Shown: positions 1-10,511 of the stretch, in pieces
How positions within the stretch are numbered: the stretch's first letter is position 1
Layout of the letters: each line of letters starts with the position of its first letter
NCBI RefSeq assembly: GCF_044647545.1
Contig: NZ_CP172818.1
DNA from: Escherichia coli
Lineage (GTDB): Bacteria > Pseudomonadota > Gammaproteobacteria > Enterobacterales > Enterobacteriaceae
Length of the DNA: 64,000 nt
Reading direction: 5' to 3' (one strand)
Made by a program: the position numbers and the translations under genes
The notes under the pieces: generated by a model
Database searches by the model: none
Told to the model about the DNA's origin: nothing
The model's input: the letters and a program-made list of their open reading frames with translations, nothing else

Positions 1-69
1 AAGGAGGCAGTATGGCAGTTTCAGCAAGAAATCAATTAACCGGAACAGTTACGCAGTAGCAATGGGCGC

Positions 70-390
70 TTGAATGATGAAGTAGAACCGACGCCGCAGG
101 TGTGCAAAACTTGCAATTGTTACACACAGCAGCCAGCAGGCTCTTGGCCGGGAAAAAGGAAAAAAAGGCGCCCCCCCGAAAAAGCCCCCGGGGGGAAACG
201 CGGAAAAGAAAAGCGGGGGGGAAACTCCCCCCCCCCACCCGCTGCGCGGCGCGCGGGCAAACACCCGCGAAGGGCGGGGGGAGCCCCCTCCAAAAAAAAA
301 AAGGGGGGGTTTTAAAATGGGGGGGAAAAAAAAAAAAAAGGAAGGAAAAAAAAACCCCCTAAAAAAAAAACACCAAAAAGGAAAAATTTG
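70..390. other. Anomalous low-complexity tract with long A, G and C homopolymer runs; unlike the rest of the window
   Basis: Direct reading: runs such as a14, c10, g7; the two ORFs across it encode Lys/Arg/Gly/Pro-rich nonsense. Confidence 0.6.
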
Positions 391-412
391 CCGGAGAGTA
401 TGGCTCTCCGGC
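390..412. terminator. GC-rich hairpin (gccggagag / ctctccggc) downstream of ygbA, with T-rich flanks on both strands; putative bidirectional terminator
   Basis: Inverted repeat read directly. Confidence 0.5.
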
Positions 413-416
413 AGAT

Positions 417-761
417 TTATTTCTTTGGACGATATTTTTCTGGCAACTCCGGCACCGGACGCTTGTCATCGATGAGATGACGCACGGTTAAGATCGGATG
501 ACGCCACAGCATTCGCGGCCCGGCCCAACGCATAATCTGTTTCATCTCTTCACGCTTTGCTGGCTGGTAACAGTGCACCGGACACTGCTTACAGGCTGGT
601 TTCTCTTCGCCGAACACACATTTATCCAGCCGCTTTTGCGCGTAGGCAAACAGCGCGTCGTAATGCTCCGGCTCCGCTGACGCCTGCGGGCATTTCGCTT
701 GATAAAGATCGATCATTTTTTTAATCGTCAGTTTTTCACGAGAGATACGCTTGCCGGACAT
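417..761 (-). CDS. ygbA: Small Cys-rich protein YgbA (nitric oxide-responsive in E. coli)
   Basis: 114-aa ORF; position upstream of and divergent from mutS; Cys motifs CPQ and CKQCPVHC. Confidence 0.8.
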   Translation of the reverse strand: MSGKRISREKLTIKKMIDLYQAKCPQASAEPEHYDALFAYAQKRLDKCVFGEEKPACKQCPVHCYQPAKREEMKQIMRWAGPRMLWRHPILTVRHLIDDKRPVPELPEKYRPKK

Positions 762-1047
762 GCTGCCTCCATACTCTTAAGGTGTATTTATATTACAACT
801 TAATTTGAAAGGGGACTATGGCTCTGAAGGAGGAGGTTTATTCAACCGACGCAATTTTGCGTACTTGCTTCATAAGCATCACGCAAAAGCTGCAAAACAG
901 CATCTTTCCCGGAATCACCATCAAGAACTCGCCGTTCGCTTCTTCCCCTGAAATGATTAACTCCGGTATCATGTGCGCCTTATGTGATAACAACGAAAAT
1001 AAAAACCATCACACCCCATTTAATATCAGGGAACCGGACATAACCCC

Positions 1048-3609
1048 ATGAGTGCAATAGAAAATTTCGATGCCCATACGCCCATGATGCAGCAGTATCT
1101 CAAGCTGAAAGCCCAGCATCCCGAGATCCTGCTGTTTTACCGGATGGGCGACTTTTATGAACTGTTTTATGACGACGCAAAACGGGCGTCGCAACTGCTG
1201 GATATTTCACTGACCAAACGCGGTGCTTCAGCGGGAGAGCCAATCCCGATGGCGGGGATTCCCTACCATGCGGTGGAAAACTACCTCGCCAAACTGGTGA
1301 ACCAGGGCGAATCGGTTGCTATTTGTGAACAGATTGGCGATCCGGCGACCAGCAAAGGGCCGGTCGAGCGCAAAGTTGTCCGTATCGTTACGCCGGGCAC
1401 CATCAGCGATGAAGCGCTGTTGCAGGAACGTCAGGACAACCTGCTGGCGGCTATCTGGCAGGACAGTAAAGGTTTCGGCTACGCAACGCTGGATATCAGT
1501 TCCGGTCGTTTTCGCCTGAGCGAACCGGCGGACCGCGAAACGATGGCGGCAGAACTGCAACGTACGAATCCAGCGGAATTACTGTATGCGGAAGATTTCG
1601 CCGAGATGTCGCTGATTGAAGGTCGCCGCGGCCTGCGTCGTCGCCCGCTGTGGGAGTTTGAAATCGACACCGCGCGCCAGCAGTTAAACTTGCAATTTGG
1701 CACTCGCGATCTGGTCGGTTTTGGCGTCGAGAACGCGCCGCGCGGACTTTGTGCCGCCGGTTGTCTGTTGCAATATGCGAAAGATACCCAACGCACGACC
1801 CTGCCGCATATTCGTTCTATCACTATGGAACGTGAGCAGGACAGCATCATTATGGATGCCGCGACGCGTCGTAACCTGGAAATCACCCAGAATCTGGCGG
1901 GTGGTGCGGAAAATACGCTGGCTTCTGTGCTCGACTGCACCGTCACGCCGATGGGCAGCCGTATGCTGAAACGCTGGCTGCATATGCCAGTGCGCGATAC
2001 CCGCGTCTTGCTTGAGCGCCAGCAAACTATTGGCGCATTGCAGGATTTCACCGCCGAGCTGCAGCCGGTACTGCGTCAGGTCGGCGACCTGGAACGTATT
2101 CTGGCGCGTCTGGCTTTACGAACCGCTCGCCCACGCGATCTGGCCCGTATGCGTCACGCTTTCCAGCAACTGCCGGAGCTGCGTGCACTATTAGAAAATG
2201 TCGAAAGCGCACCGGTACAGGCGCTGCGTGAGAAGATGGGCGAGTTTGCCGAACTGCGCGATCTGCTGGAGCGGGCCATTATCGACACACCGCCGGTACT
2301 GGTGCGCGACGGTGGTGTTATCGCGCCGGGCTATAACGAAGAGCTGGATGAGTGGCGGGCGCTGGCTGACGGCGCGACCGATTATCTGGAGCGTCTGGAA
2401 ATCCGCGAGCGTGAACGTACCGGCCTGGACACGCTGAAAGTCGGCTTTAACGCGGTTCATGGTTATTACATTCAGATCAGCCGTGGACAAAGCCATCTGG
2501 CACCCATCAACTATATGCGTCGCCAGACGCTGAAAAACGCCGAACGCTACATTATTCCAGAGCTAAAAGAGTATGAAGACAAAGTACTCACCTCGAAAGG
2601 TAAAGCACTGGCACTGGAAAAACAGCTTTATGAAGAGTTGTTCGACCTGCTGTTGCCGCATCTGGAAGCGTTGCAACAGAGCGCGAGCGCGCTGGCGGAA
2701 CTCGACGTGCTGGTGAACCTGGCGGAACGGGCCTATACCCTGAACTACACCTGCCCGACCTTTATTGATAAACCTGGCATTCGCATTACCGAAGGCCGCC
2801 ATCCAGTGGTTGAACAGGTACTGAACGAACCGTTTATCGCTAACCCGCTAAACCTGTCGCCACAGCGCCGCATGTTGATCATTACCGGTCCGAACATGGG
2901 CGGTAAAAGTACCTATATGCGCCAGACCGCGTTGATTGCGCTGATGGCGTATATCGGCAGCTACGTACCGGCGCAAAAAGTCGAGATTGGCCCGATCGAC
3001 CGTATCTTTACCCGCGTAGGCGCGGCAGACGATCTGGCATCCGGGCGTTCAACCTTTATGGTGGAGATGACCGAAACCGCCAATATTTTACATAACGCCA
3101 CCGAATATAGTCTGGTGTTGATGGATGAGATCGGGCGTGGAACGTCCACTTACGATGGTCTGTCGCTGGCGTGGGCATGCGCGGAAAATCTGGCAAATAA
3201 GATCAAAGCGTTGACGCTGTTTGCTACCCACTATTTCGAGCTGACCCAGTTACCGGAGAAAATGGAAGGCGTCGCCAACGTGCATCTCGATGCGCTGGAG
3301 CACGGCGACACCATTGCCTTTATGCACAGCGTGCAGGATGGCGCGGCGAGCAAAAGCTACGGCCTGGCGGTTGCAGCTCTGGCAGGCGTGCCAAAAGAGG
3401 TTATTAAGCGCGCACGGCAAAAACTGCGTGAGCTGGAAAGCATTTCGCCGAACGCCGCCGCTACACAGGTTGATGGTACGCAGATGTCCCTGCTTTCTGC
3501 GCCAGAAGAAACGTCGCCTGCGGTCGAGGCACTGGAAAACCTCGACCCGGATTCACTGACTCCGCGTCAGGCGCTGGAGTGGATTTATCGGTTGAAGAGT
3601 CTGGTGTAA
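1048..3609 (+). CDS. mutS: DNA mismatch repair protein MutS
   Basis: 853-aa ORF; Walker [10 protein letters not shown]; N-terminal [17 protein letters not shown] matches E. coli MutS. Confidence 0.97.
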   Translation: MSAIENFDAHTPMMQQYLKLKAQHPEILLFYRMGDFYELFYDDAKRASQLLDISLTKRGASAGEPIPMAGIPYHAVENYLAKLVNQGESVAICEQIGDPATSKGPVERKVVRIVTPGTISDEALLQERQDNLLAAIWQDSKGFGYATLDISSGRFRLSEPADRETMAAELQRTNPAELLYAEDFAEMSLIEGRRGLRRRPLWEFEIDTARQQLNLQFGTRDLVGFGVENAPRGLCAAGCLLQYAKDTQRTTLPHIRSITMEREQDSIIMDAATRRNLEITQNLAGGAENTLASVLDCTVTPMGSRMLKRWLHMPVRDTRVLLERQQTIGALQDFTAELQPVLRQVGDLERILARLALRTARPRDLARMRHAFQQLPELRALLENVESAPVQALREKMGEFAELRDLLERAIIDTPPVLVRDGGVIAPGYNEELDEWRALADGATDYLERLEIRERERTGLDTLKVGFNAVHGYYIQISRGQSHLAPINYMRRQTLKNAERYIIPELKEYEDKVLTSKGKALALEKQLYEELFDLLLPHLEALQQSASALAELDVLVNLAERAYTLNYTCPTFIDKPGIRITEGRHPVVEQVLNEPFIANPLNLSPQRRMLIITGPNMGGKSTYMRQTALIALMAYIGSYVPAQKVEIGPIDRIFTRVGAADDLASGRSTFMVEMTETANILHNATEYSLVLMDEIGRGTSTYDGLSLAWACAENLANKIKALTLFATHYFELTQLPEKMEGVANVHLDALEHGDTIAFMHSVQDGAASKSYGLAVAALAGVPKEVIKRARQKLRELESISPNAAATQVDGTQMSLLSAPEETSPAVEALENLDPDSLTPRQALEWIYRLKSLV

Positions 3610-3615
3610 TAACAA

Positions 3616-3642
3616 TTCCCGATAGTCTTTTGCTATCGGGAA
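3616..3642 (+). terminator. Hairpin (ttcccgatag / ctatcgggaa) just after the mutS stop
   Basis: 10-bp inverted repeat with a 7-nt loop. Confidence 0.5.
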
Positions 3643-3714
3643 TATTAACGACAACTGACGAATCAAATAAAAATACCCTGTATAATAGGAAATCTTATTT
3701 TACAGGGTAAAACC

Positions 3715-4371
3715 ATGCCATCTACACGCTATCAAAAAATTAATGCCCATCACTATCGTTATATATGGGCCGTTGGTGATATTCATGGTGACTATCAATT
3801 ATTACAATCCCGCTTACATCAACTCTCTTTTTGCCCTGAAACCGACTTACTTATTTCCACAGGCGATAATATTGATCGTGGGCCGAAGAGTCTTAACGTG
3901 CTGCACCTGCTAAACCAACCCTGGTTTACGTCGGTTAAAGGCAACCACGAAGCGATGGCGTTGGATGCATTCGAAACTGGCGATGGAAATATGTGGCTTG
4001 CCAGCGGTGGTGACTGGTTTTTCGATTTAAATGATTCAGAGCAACAAGCGGCAATAGATCTGTTGCTGAAATTCCATCACCTTCCACATATTATTGAAGT
4101 TACTAACGACAACACAAAATATGTCATCACACATGCAGATTATCCGGGGAATGAATATCTCTTTGGTAAAGAAATAGCGGAGAGCGAATTACTCTGGCCT
4201 GTTGATCGTGTGCAGAAATCGCTTAATGGCGAGTTACAACAAATAAACGGCGCTGATTATTTTATATTTGGACATATGGTGTTTGATAACATTCAGACGT
4301 TCGCAAACCAGATTTATATTGATACCGGATCGCCGAAAAGCGGGCGGCTGTCATTTTATAAAATAAAGTAG
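3715..4371 (+). CDS. pphB: Serine/threonine protein phosphatase 2 (PPP family)
   Basis: 218-aa ORF; metallophosphatase motifs GDIHGD, GDNIDRG, GNHE. Confidence 0.9.
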   Translation: MPSTRYQKINAHHYRYIWAVGDIHGDYQLLQSRLHQLSFCPETDLLISTGDNIDRGPKSLNVLHLLNQPWFTSVKGNHEAMALDAFETGDGNMWLASGGDWFFDLNDSEQQAAIDLLLKFHHLPHIIEVTNDNTKYVITHADYPGNEYLFGKEIAESELLWPVDRVQKSLNGELQQINGADYFIFGHMVFDNIQTFANQIYIDTGSPKSGRLSFYKIK

Positions 4372-4372
4372 T

Positions 4373-4398
4373 CTCATGCTTCTTCTGTGAAGCATGAG
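4373..4398. terminator. Hairpin (ctcatgcttc / gaagcatgag) between the convergent genes pphB and ygbI
   Basis: Inverted repeat read directly; no clear T-run on the plus strand. Confidence 0.4.
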
Positions 4399-4420
4399 TA
4401 ACCGAGATGTTCTGCAGGCC

Positions 4421-5190
4421 CCTACTCATTTTTCGCTACCAGCAAAGAGAGATCCTGCTTCGCCAGCACGCAACTGGCGCTCTCCGGCGAAGCCGCATAT
4501 CTAATAATCTGATCAAACTAGTAATGGTAACGCCAGCCATGTCGCCACCTGACCATATTTCGTCGCATCACAGACCAAAACTCGCTGGCGGCTGGCACTG
4601 GCAATCGCCCGTTTCACCGTGACTTTATCTTTCCGCTGGCGTAAATCCCCCGCACACTCCATGACGATGCAGAAATAAAAACCTGATCAATCATCAGGCT
4701 GCGCAGCATGGTCGCAGCGGCTTCCCCGACACAGGAACGGTTTTCCCGACACACTGCACCGCCAGTGTGAATAATTGTGCAATTACTGTTGTCAGCAAGT
4801 AGTTCGCAATAACGAAATCGTTTGTGACCACAGTCAGTGACTCCATGTGAATCAGATGCTGTGCTATCGCTAACGTGGTCGTTCCCGCATCCAGATAGAT
4901 ACAACTTTCCGGCTGAACAGACTTTTGCCGCCAGCTTGCCAATAGCCGCTTTTTGCGTCATTGCCAGCGCAGTTTTACCTAAGTTCGCCATGCGCCACGC
5001 GTCCCGGAGACTGGACGCCTCCGGACACCCAGCACAACGGCTCCCTGCTGCTCCAGTTTTTGTAAATCCCGACGAATGGTCATATGTGACACATTACTCA
5101 TTCTGTCCGTTAGTTCAGCAATACTGACAATGCCTTTTTCAGCTTATCTCAAGGATCATCTGGCGACGCTCTACGGGTATCAACTTTTGC
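4421..5190 (-). pseudogene. ygbI: DeoR-family transcriptional regulator YgbI, disrupted by multiple frameshifts in this sequence
   Basis: Segments matching YgbI (IAELTDRMSNVSHMTIRRDLQKLEQQGAVVL; VSGGVQSPGRVAH; KTALAMTQKAAIGKLAA; CIYLDAGTTTLAIAQHLIHMESLTVVTNDFVIANYLL; NSNCTIIHTGGAVCRENRSCVGEAAATMLRSLMIDQVFISASSWSVRG) lie in different frames on the minus strand; longest intact ORF is 125 aa. Confidence 0.75.
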
Positions 5191-5382
5191 TCCTTCCTTT
5201 GTCCTGCTGACATTCTACGCTATTTGCCTGCGAAACGTGCGCGGCGCAACTAACGCTTAGTTCACATAAAATAACACACAATGTTAATTTATGTGAATCA
5301 GCTCACCATATCGTTATCTTCCAGCGCTTATATTCACAATATCAAACAAAATATCACTTAAATTAACCAACAAGGAGAGCAG

Positions 5383-6291
5383 ATGAAAACGGGATCTGAG
5401 TTTCATGTCGGTATCGTTGGCTTAGGGTGAATGGGAATGGGAGCAGCACTGTCATGTGTCACGAGCAGGTCTTTCTACCTGGGGCGCAGACCTGAACAGC
5501 AATGCCTGCGCTACGTTGAAAGAGGCAGGTGCTTGCGGGGTTGCTTGATAACGCCGCGACGTTTGCCGAAAAACTGGACATTATGCTGGTGCTGGTGGTA
5601 AATGCGGCCCAGGTTAAACAGGTGCTGTTTGGTGAAACGGCGTTTGCACAACATCTGAAACCCGGTACGGCAGTAATGGTTTCTTCCACTATCGCTAGTG
5701 CTGATCGCGCAAGAAATTGCTACCGCTCTGGCTGGATTCGATCTGGAAATGCTGGATGCGCCAGTTTCTGGTGGTGCAGTAAAAGCCGCTAACGGTGAAA
5801 TGACTGTCATGGCCTCCGGTAGCGATATTGCCTTTGAACGACTGGCACCCGTGCTGGAAGCCGTTGCCGGAAAAGTTTATCGCATAGGTGCAGAACCGGG
5901 ACTAAAGAGTTCGACCATTAAAGTTCTTCACCAGTTAGCGGGCGTACATATTGCTGCCGGAGCCGAAGCGATGGCACTTGCAGCCCGTGGGATCCCGCTG
6001 GATGTGATGTATGACGTCGTGACCAATGCCGCCGGAAATTCCTGGATGTTCGAAAACCAGATACGTCATGTGGTGGATGGCGATTACACCCCGCATTCAG
6101 CCGTCGATATTTTTGTTAAGGATCTTGGTCTGGTTGCCGATACAGCCAAAGCCCTGCACTTCCCGCTGCCATTGGCCTCAACAGCATTGAATATGTTCAC
6201 CAGCGCCAGTAACGCGGGTTACGGGAAAGAAGACGATAGCGCAGTTATCAAGATTTTCTCTGGCATCACTCTACCGGGAGCGAAATCATGA
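5383..6291 (+). pseudogene. ygbJ: 3-hydroxyisobutyrate dehydrogenase-family enzyme (L-threonate dehydrogenase YgbJ/LtnD), disrupted by an in-frame TGA and frameshifts
   Basis: MKTGSEFHVGIVGLG followed by TGA at about 5428–5430; homologous pieces in three frames (ORFs 5529..5792 and 5698..6291). Confidence 0.75.
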
Positions 6292-7454
6292 TCAAGATTG
6301 GCGTTATCGCCGATGATTTTACCGGCGCGACGGATATCGCCAGTTTTCTGGTGGAAAACGGTCTACCAACGGTACAAATTAACGGTGTTCCAACAGGTAA
6401 AATGCCGGAAGCAATCGACGCACTGGTGATCAGCCTGAAAACGCGCTCCTGTCCAGTGGTTGAAGCCACACAGCAATCGCTGGCGGCTCTGAGCTGGTTG
6501 CAACAGCAAGGTTGCAAACAGATCTATTTCAAATACTGCTCTACTTTCGACAGTACGGCGAAAGGTAATATTGGCCCGGTTACCGATGCCTTAATGGATG
6601 CTCTCGACACGCCGTTTACGGTCTTCTCTCCGGCCCTGCCGGTCAACGGACGTACGGTTTATCAGGGGTATTTGTTCGTAATGAATCAACTGCTGGCCGA
6701 ATCCGGGATGCGCCATCACCCGGTAAATCCCATGACCGACAGCTATCTTCCCCGTCTGGTTGAAGCGCAATCCACAGGGCGCTGCGGCGTCGTTTCGGCA
6801 CATGTTTTCGAACAAGGTGTGGATGCCGTTCGTCAAGAGCTGGCTCGCTTACAGCAAGAGGGCTACCGCTACGCGGTGCTTGATGCGCTGACCGAACACC
6901 ATCTGGAAATTCAGGGAGAAGCCTTGCGCGATGCCCCACTGGTAACGGGCGGTTCTGGTCTGGCGATTGGCCTGGCCCGGCAGTGGGCGCAAGAAAACGG
7001 TAACCAGGCTCGCAAAGCAGGGCGTCCGCTCGCTGGGCGCGGCGTAGTGCTCTCCGGTTCATGCTCTCAAATGACCAACCGCCAGGTAGCACATTACCGT
7101 CAAATTGCACCAGCCCGTGAAGTTGATGTGGCACGCTGCCTCTCAATTGAAACTCTGGCCGCTTATGCACACGAACTGGCAGAGTGGGTTCTGGGCCAGG
7201 AAAGTGTACTTGCTCCACTGGTTTTTGCCACCGCCAGCACTGACGCATTGGCAGCAATTCAACAGCAATACGGTGCACAAAAAGCCAGTCAGGCAGTAGA
7301 AACACTGTTTTCTCAACTAGCGGCGCGGTTAGCAGCGGAAGGCGTGACACGCTTTATTGTCGCAGGCGGTGAGACCTCCGGCGTAGTCACACAGAGCCTG
7401 GGAATAAAAGGGTTTCATATTGGCCCAACCATTTCCCCGGCGTGCCGTGGGTAA
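6288..7454 (+). CDS. ygbK: Four-carbon acid-sugar kinase family protein (3-oxo-tetronate kinase, YgbK/OtnK)
   Basis: 388-aa ORF; N-terminal MIKIGVIADDFTGATD typical of this kinase family; start overlaps the ygbJ stop. Confidence 0.85.
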   Translation: MIKIGVIADDFTGATDIASFLVENGLPTVQINGVPTGKMPEAIDALVISLKTRSCPVVEATQQSLAALSWLQQQGCKQIYFKYCSTFDSTAKGNIGPVTDALMDALDTPFTVFSPALPVNGRTVYQGYLFVMNQLLAESGMRHHPVNPMTDSYLPRLVEAQSTGRCGVVSAHVFEQGVDAVRQELARLQQEGYRYAVLDALTEHHLEIQGEALRDAPLVTGGSGLAIGLARQWAQENGNQARKAGRPLAGRGVVLSGSCSQMTNRQVAHYRQIAPAREVDVARCLSIETLAAYAHELAEWVLGQESVLAPLVFATASTDALAAIQQQYGAQKASQAVETLFSQLAARLAAEGVTRFIVAGGETSGVVTQSLGIKGFHIGPTISPACRG

Positions 7455-7545
7455 ACGCACTGGATAAGCCTGTCTCACTCGCCCTTAAATCTGGCAACTT
7501 CGGTGATGACGCCTTTTTTTCACGAGCCCAAAGAGAGTTTTTATC

Positions 7546-8184
7546 ATGAGCGATTTCGCAAAAGTAGAGCAGTCTTTGCGAGAGGAGATGACGCGGATTG
7601 CCAGTTCATTCTTTCAGCGCGGCTATGCAACCGGTTCGGCTGGCAATCTGTCGCTGCTTTTACCTGACGGGAATTTACTGGCGACACCGACAGGTTCATG
7701 CCTGGGCAATCTCGATCCGCAGCGGCTTTCCAAAGTCGCCGCGGATGGCGAATGGTTAAGTGGTGACAAACCCTCGAAAGAGGTGCTCTTTCATCTGGCG
7801 CTGTATCGCAACAATCCGCGCTGTAAAGCGGTGGTGCATTTGCACAGCACATGGTCGACGGCGCTTTCCTGCCTGCAAGGGCTGGACAGCAGCAACGTTA
7901 TTCGTCCGTTCACACCATACGTGGTGATGCGGATGGGAAATGTCCCGCTGGTGCCTTATTACCGACCGGGCGATAAACGCATCGCACAGGATCTGGCGGA
8001 ACTGGCAGCAGACAATCAGGCTTTTTTACTGGCAAATCATGGCCCAGTGGTTTGCGGTGAAAGCCTGCAAGAAGCCGCCAACAATATGGAAGAGCTGGAG
8101 GAAACGGCAAAGCTGATTTTTATTCTCGGTGACCGCCCGATCCGTTATCTGACCGCAGGTGAAATTGCGGAATTAAGGAGTTAA
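7546..8184 (+). CDS. ygbL: Class II aldolase/adducin-family protein (3-oxo-tetronate 4-phosphate decarboxylase, YgbL/OtnC)
   Basis: 212-aa ORF; operon context. Confidence 0.85.
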
Positions 8185-8188
8185 TGCA

Positions 8189-8965
8189 ATGCCTCGTTTT
8201 GCAGCTAATTTATCCATGATGTTCACCGAAGTGCCTTTTATTGAACGCTTCGCCGCAGCGCGAAAAGCCGGGTTCGATGCTGTGGAATTTCTGTTTCCCT
8301 ATAACTACTCCACCCTGCAAATCCAAAAGCAACTGGAGCAAAACCATCTGACACTGGCGCTGTTCAATACCGCTCCCGGAGATATTAATGCGGGGGAATG
8401 GGGATTATCCGCCCTTCCCGGACGTGAGCACGAAGCACACGCAGACATCGACCTGGCACTGGAATATGCATTGGCGCTCAATTGTGAACAAGTCCATGTG
8501 ATGGCAGGCGTCGTGCCCGCTGGCGAAGATGCTGAACGGTACCGGGCAGTATTTATCGATAATATCCGCTACGCTGCCGACCGCTTTGCGCCACACGGCA
8601 AGCGAATATTAGTTGAAGCACTCAGCCCCGGCGTTAAGCCTCATTATCTCTTCTCCAGCCAGTATCAGGCACTGGCTATTGTTGAAGAGGTTGCGCGAGA
8701 TAACGTGTTTATTCAACTAGATACTTTTCATGCGCAAAAAGTAGATGGCAACCTGACGCATTTAATCCGCGACTACGCCGGGAAATATGCGCACGTACAA
8801 ATTGCCGGACTACCTGATCGACATGAACCGGACGATGGAGAAATCAACTATCCGTGGCTGTTCCGCCTGTTCGATGAGGTGGGATATCAGGGCTGGATCG
8901 GTTGTGAATATAAACCTCGTGGCCTCACCGAAGAAGGGCTTGGCTGGTTTGACGCCTGGCGCTAA
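8189..8965 (+). CDS. ygbM: Hydroxypyruvate isomerase-like TIM-barrel protein (2-oxo-tetronate isomerase, YgbM/OtnI)
   Basis: 258-aa ORF; operon context. Confidence 0.85.
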
Positions 8966-9053
8966 TTCGTTAAATCCCTAATTACAACGTACCCATACAT
9001 CCCCCCATCTACGGATGGGGTAGGTTAACTATAACTTTCAGACAGGGTTTCCC

Positions 9054-10418
9054 ATGTCCACAATTACATTGTTATGCATTGCGTTAGCTGGCGTAATCAT
9101 GCTGTTGCTGCTGGTCATCAAGGCAAAGGTACAACCATTCGTTGCTTTGCTCCTCGTCAGCCTGTTAGTCGCACTTGCGGCAGGTATACCGGCGGGCGAA
9201 GTGGGTAAAGTGATGATCGCCGGGATGGGCGGTGTGCTTGGTTCCGTCACTATTATTATTGGTCTGGGCGCTATGCTGGGGCGTATGATCGAACACTCTG
9301 GTGGTGCAGAGTCACTGGCTAATTATTTCAGTCGCAAGTTAGGTGACAAACGAACTATCGCTGCGCTGACTCTGGCAGCGTTCTTCCTCGGTATTCCCGT
9401 CTTCTTTGATGTCGGCTTTATTATTCTTGCGCCAATCATTTACGGTTTTGCCAAGGTTGCCAAAATATCGCCACTCAAATTTGGCCTGCCTGTCGCTGGG
9501 ATCATGCTCACTGTTCACGTGGCGGTACCGCCGCATCCAGGCCCTGTCGCCGCAGCGGGGTTACTCCACGCAGACATCGGCTGGCTAACCATCATCGGTA
9601 TTGCGATTTCTATTCCCGTAGGGGTTGTTGGCTACTTTGCAGCGAAAATAATCAATAAGCGCCAATATGCGATGTCAGTAGAAGTACTGGAACAGATGCA
9701 ACTGGCTCCGGCCAGTGAGGAAGGCGCGACAAAATTAAGCGATAAAATAAATCCACCGGGCGTCGCGCTGGTCACCTCGCTAATTGTTATTCCTATCGCG
9801 ATTATCATGGCGGGTACGGTTTCCGCAACACTGATGCCGCCTTCGCATCCCCTGCTTGGTACGCTACAGCTGATCGGCTCACCAATGGTAGCTCTAATGA
9901 TTGCGCTGGTGCTGGCATTCTGGTTATTGGCTTTACGTCGCGGCTGGAGCTTACAACACACCAGCGACATTATGGGCTCAGCGCTTCCTACTGCGGCGGT
10001 AGTGATTTTGGTTACTGGTGCTGGAGGGGTATTTGGCAAAGTGCTGGTGGAATCGGGCGTCGGCAAAGCCCTTGCCAACATGCTACAAATGATTGACCTG
10101 CCTCTGTTACCAGCCGCATTTATTATTTCACTGGCGCTGCGTGCATCGCAGGGGTCAGCAACCGTAGCAATACTGACAACCGGCGGGTTACTCTCAGAAG
10201 CGGTGATGGGATTGAATCCGATTCAGTGCGTATTGGTGACGCTGGCAGCCTGCTTTGGTGGGCTTGGTGCGTCACATATTAATGACTCAGGGTTCTGGAT
10301 TGTGACCAAATATCTGGGGTTGTCGGTAGCAGACGGTCTGAAAACCTGGACAGTGTTAACGACCATTCTCGGTTTTACCGGATTCTTAATTACCTGGTGC
10401 GTATGGGCGGTAATTTGA
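9054..10418 (+). CDS. ygbN: GntP-family acid-sugar permease
   Basis: 454-aa highly hydrophobic ORF. Confidence 0.85.
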   Translation: MSTITLLCIALAGVIMLLLLVIKAKVQPFVALLLVSLLVALAAGIPAGEVGKVMIAGMGGVLGSVTIIIGLGAMLGRMIEHSGGAESLANYFSRKLGDKRTIAALTLAAFFLGIPVFFDVGFIILAPIIYGFAKVAKISPLKFGLPVAGIMLTVHVAVPPHPGPVAAAGLLHADIGWLTIIGIAISIPVGVVGYFAAKIINKRQYAMSVEVLEQMQLAPASEEGATKLSDKINPPGVALVTSLIVIPIAIIMAGTVSATLMPPSHPLLGTLQLIGSPMVALMIALVLAFWLLALRRGWSLQHTSDIMGSALPTAAVVILVTGAGGVFGKVLVESGVGKALANMLQMIDLPLLPAAFIISLALRASQGSATVAILTTGGLLSEAVMGLNPIQCVLVTLAACFGGLGASHINDSGFWIVTKYLGLSVADGLKTWTVLTTILGFTGFLITWCVWAVI

Positions 10419-10430
10419 CCTTAATAAAAA

Positions 10431-10457
10431 GGTCCGATGGGCATCGGACCTTTTATT
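10431..10457. terminator. Rho-independent bidirectional terminator between ygbN and rpoS (ggtccgatg ggc atcggacc + TTTTATT; A-run upstream)
   Basis: Perfect 9-bp stem flanked by A and T tracts. Confidence 0.8.
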
Positions 10458-10511
10458 GTGCACAGAAAAGGCCAGCCTCATAAGAGACTGGCCTTTATGA
10501 CAGATGCTTAC

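Noticed and set aside
70-362. ORFs 70..315 and 102..362 encoding Lys/Arg/Gly/Pro-rich polypeptides
   Set aside because: They arise from homopolymer-rich low-complexity DNA that is probably artefactual; no protein-like composition
818-1051. 77-aa plus-strand ORF in the ygbA–mutS intergenic region
   Set aside because: Lies in the divergent promoter region with no recognisable features and no convincing ribosome-binding site; probably non-coding
1479-2051. 190-aa minus-strand ORF inside mutS
   Set aside because: Antisense to a well-supported conserved gene; Arg/Ser-rich composition typical of spurious antisense ORFs
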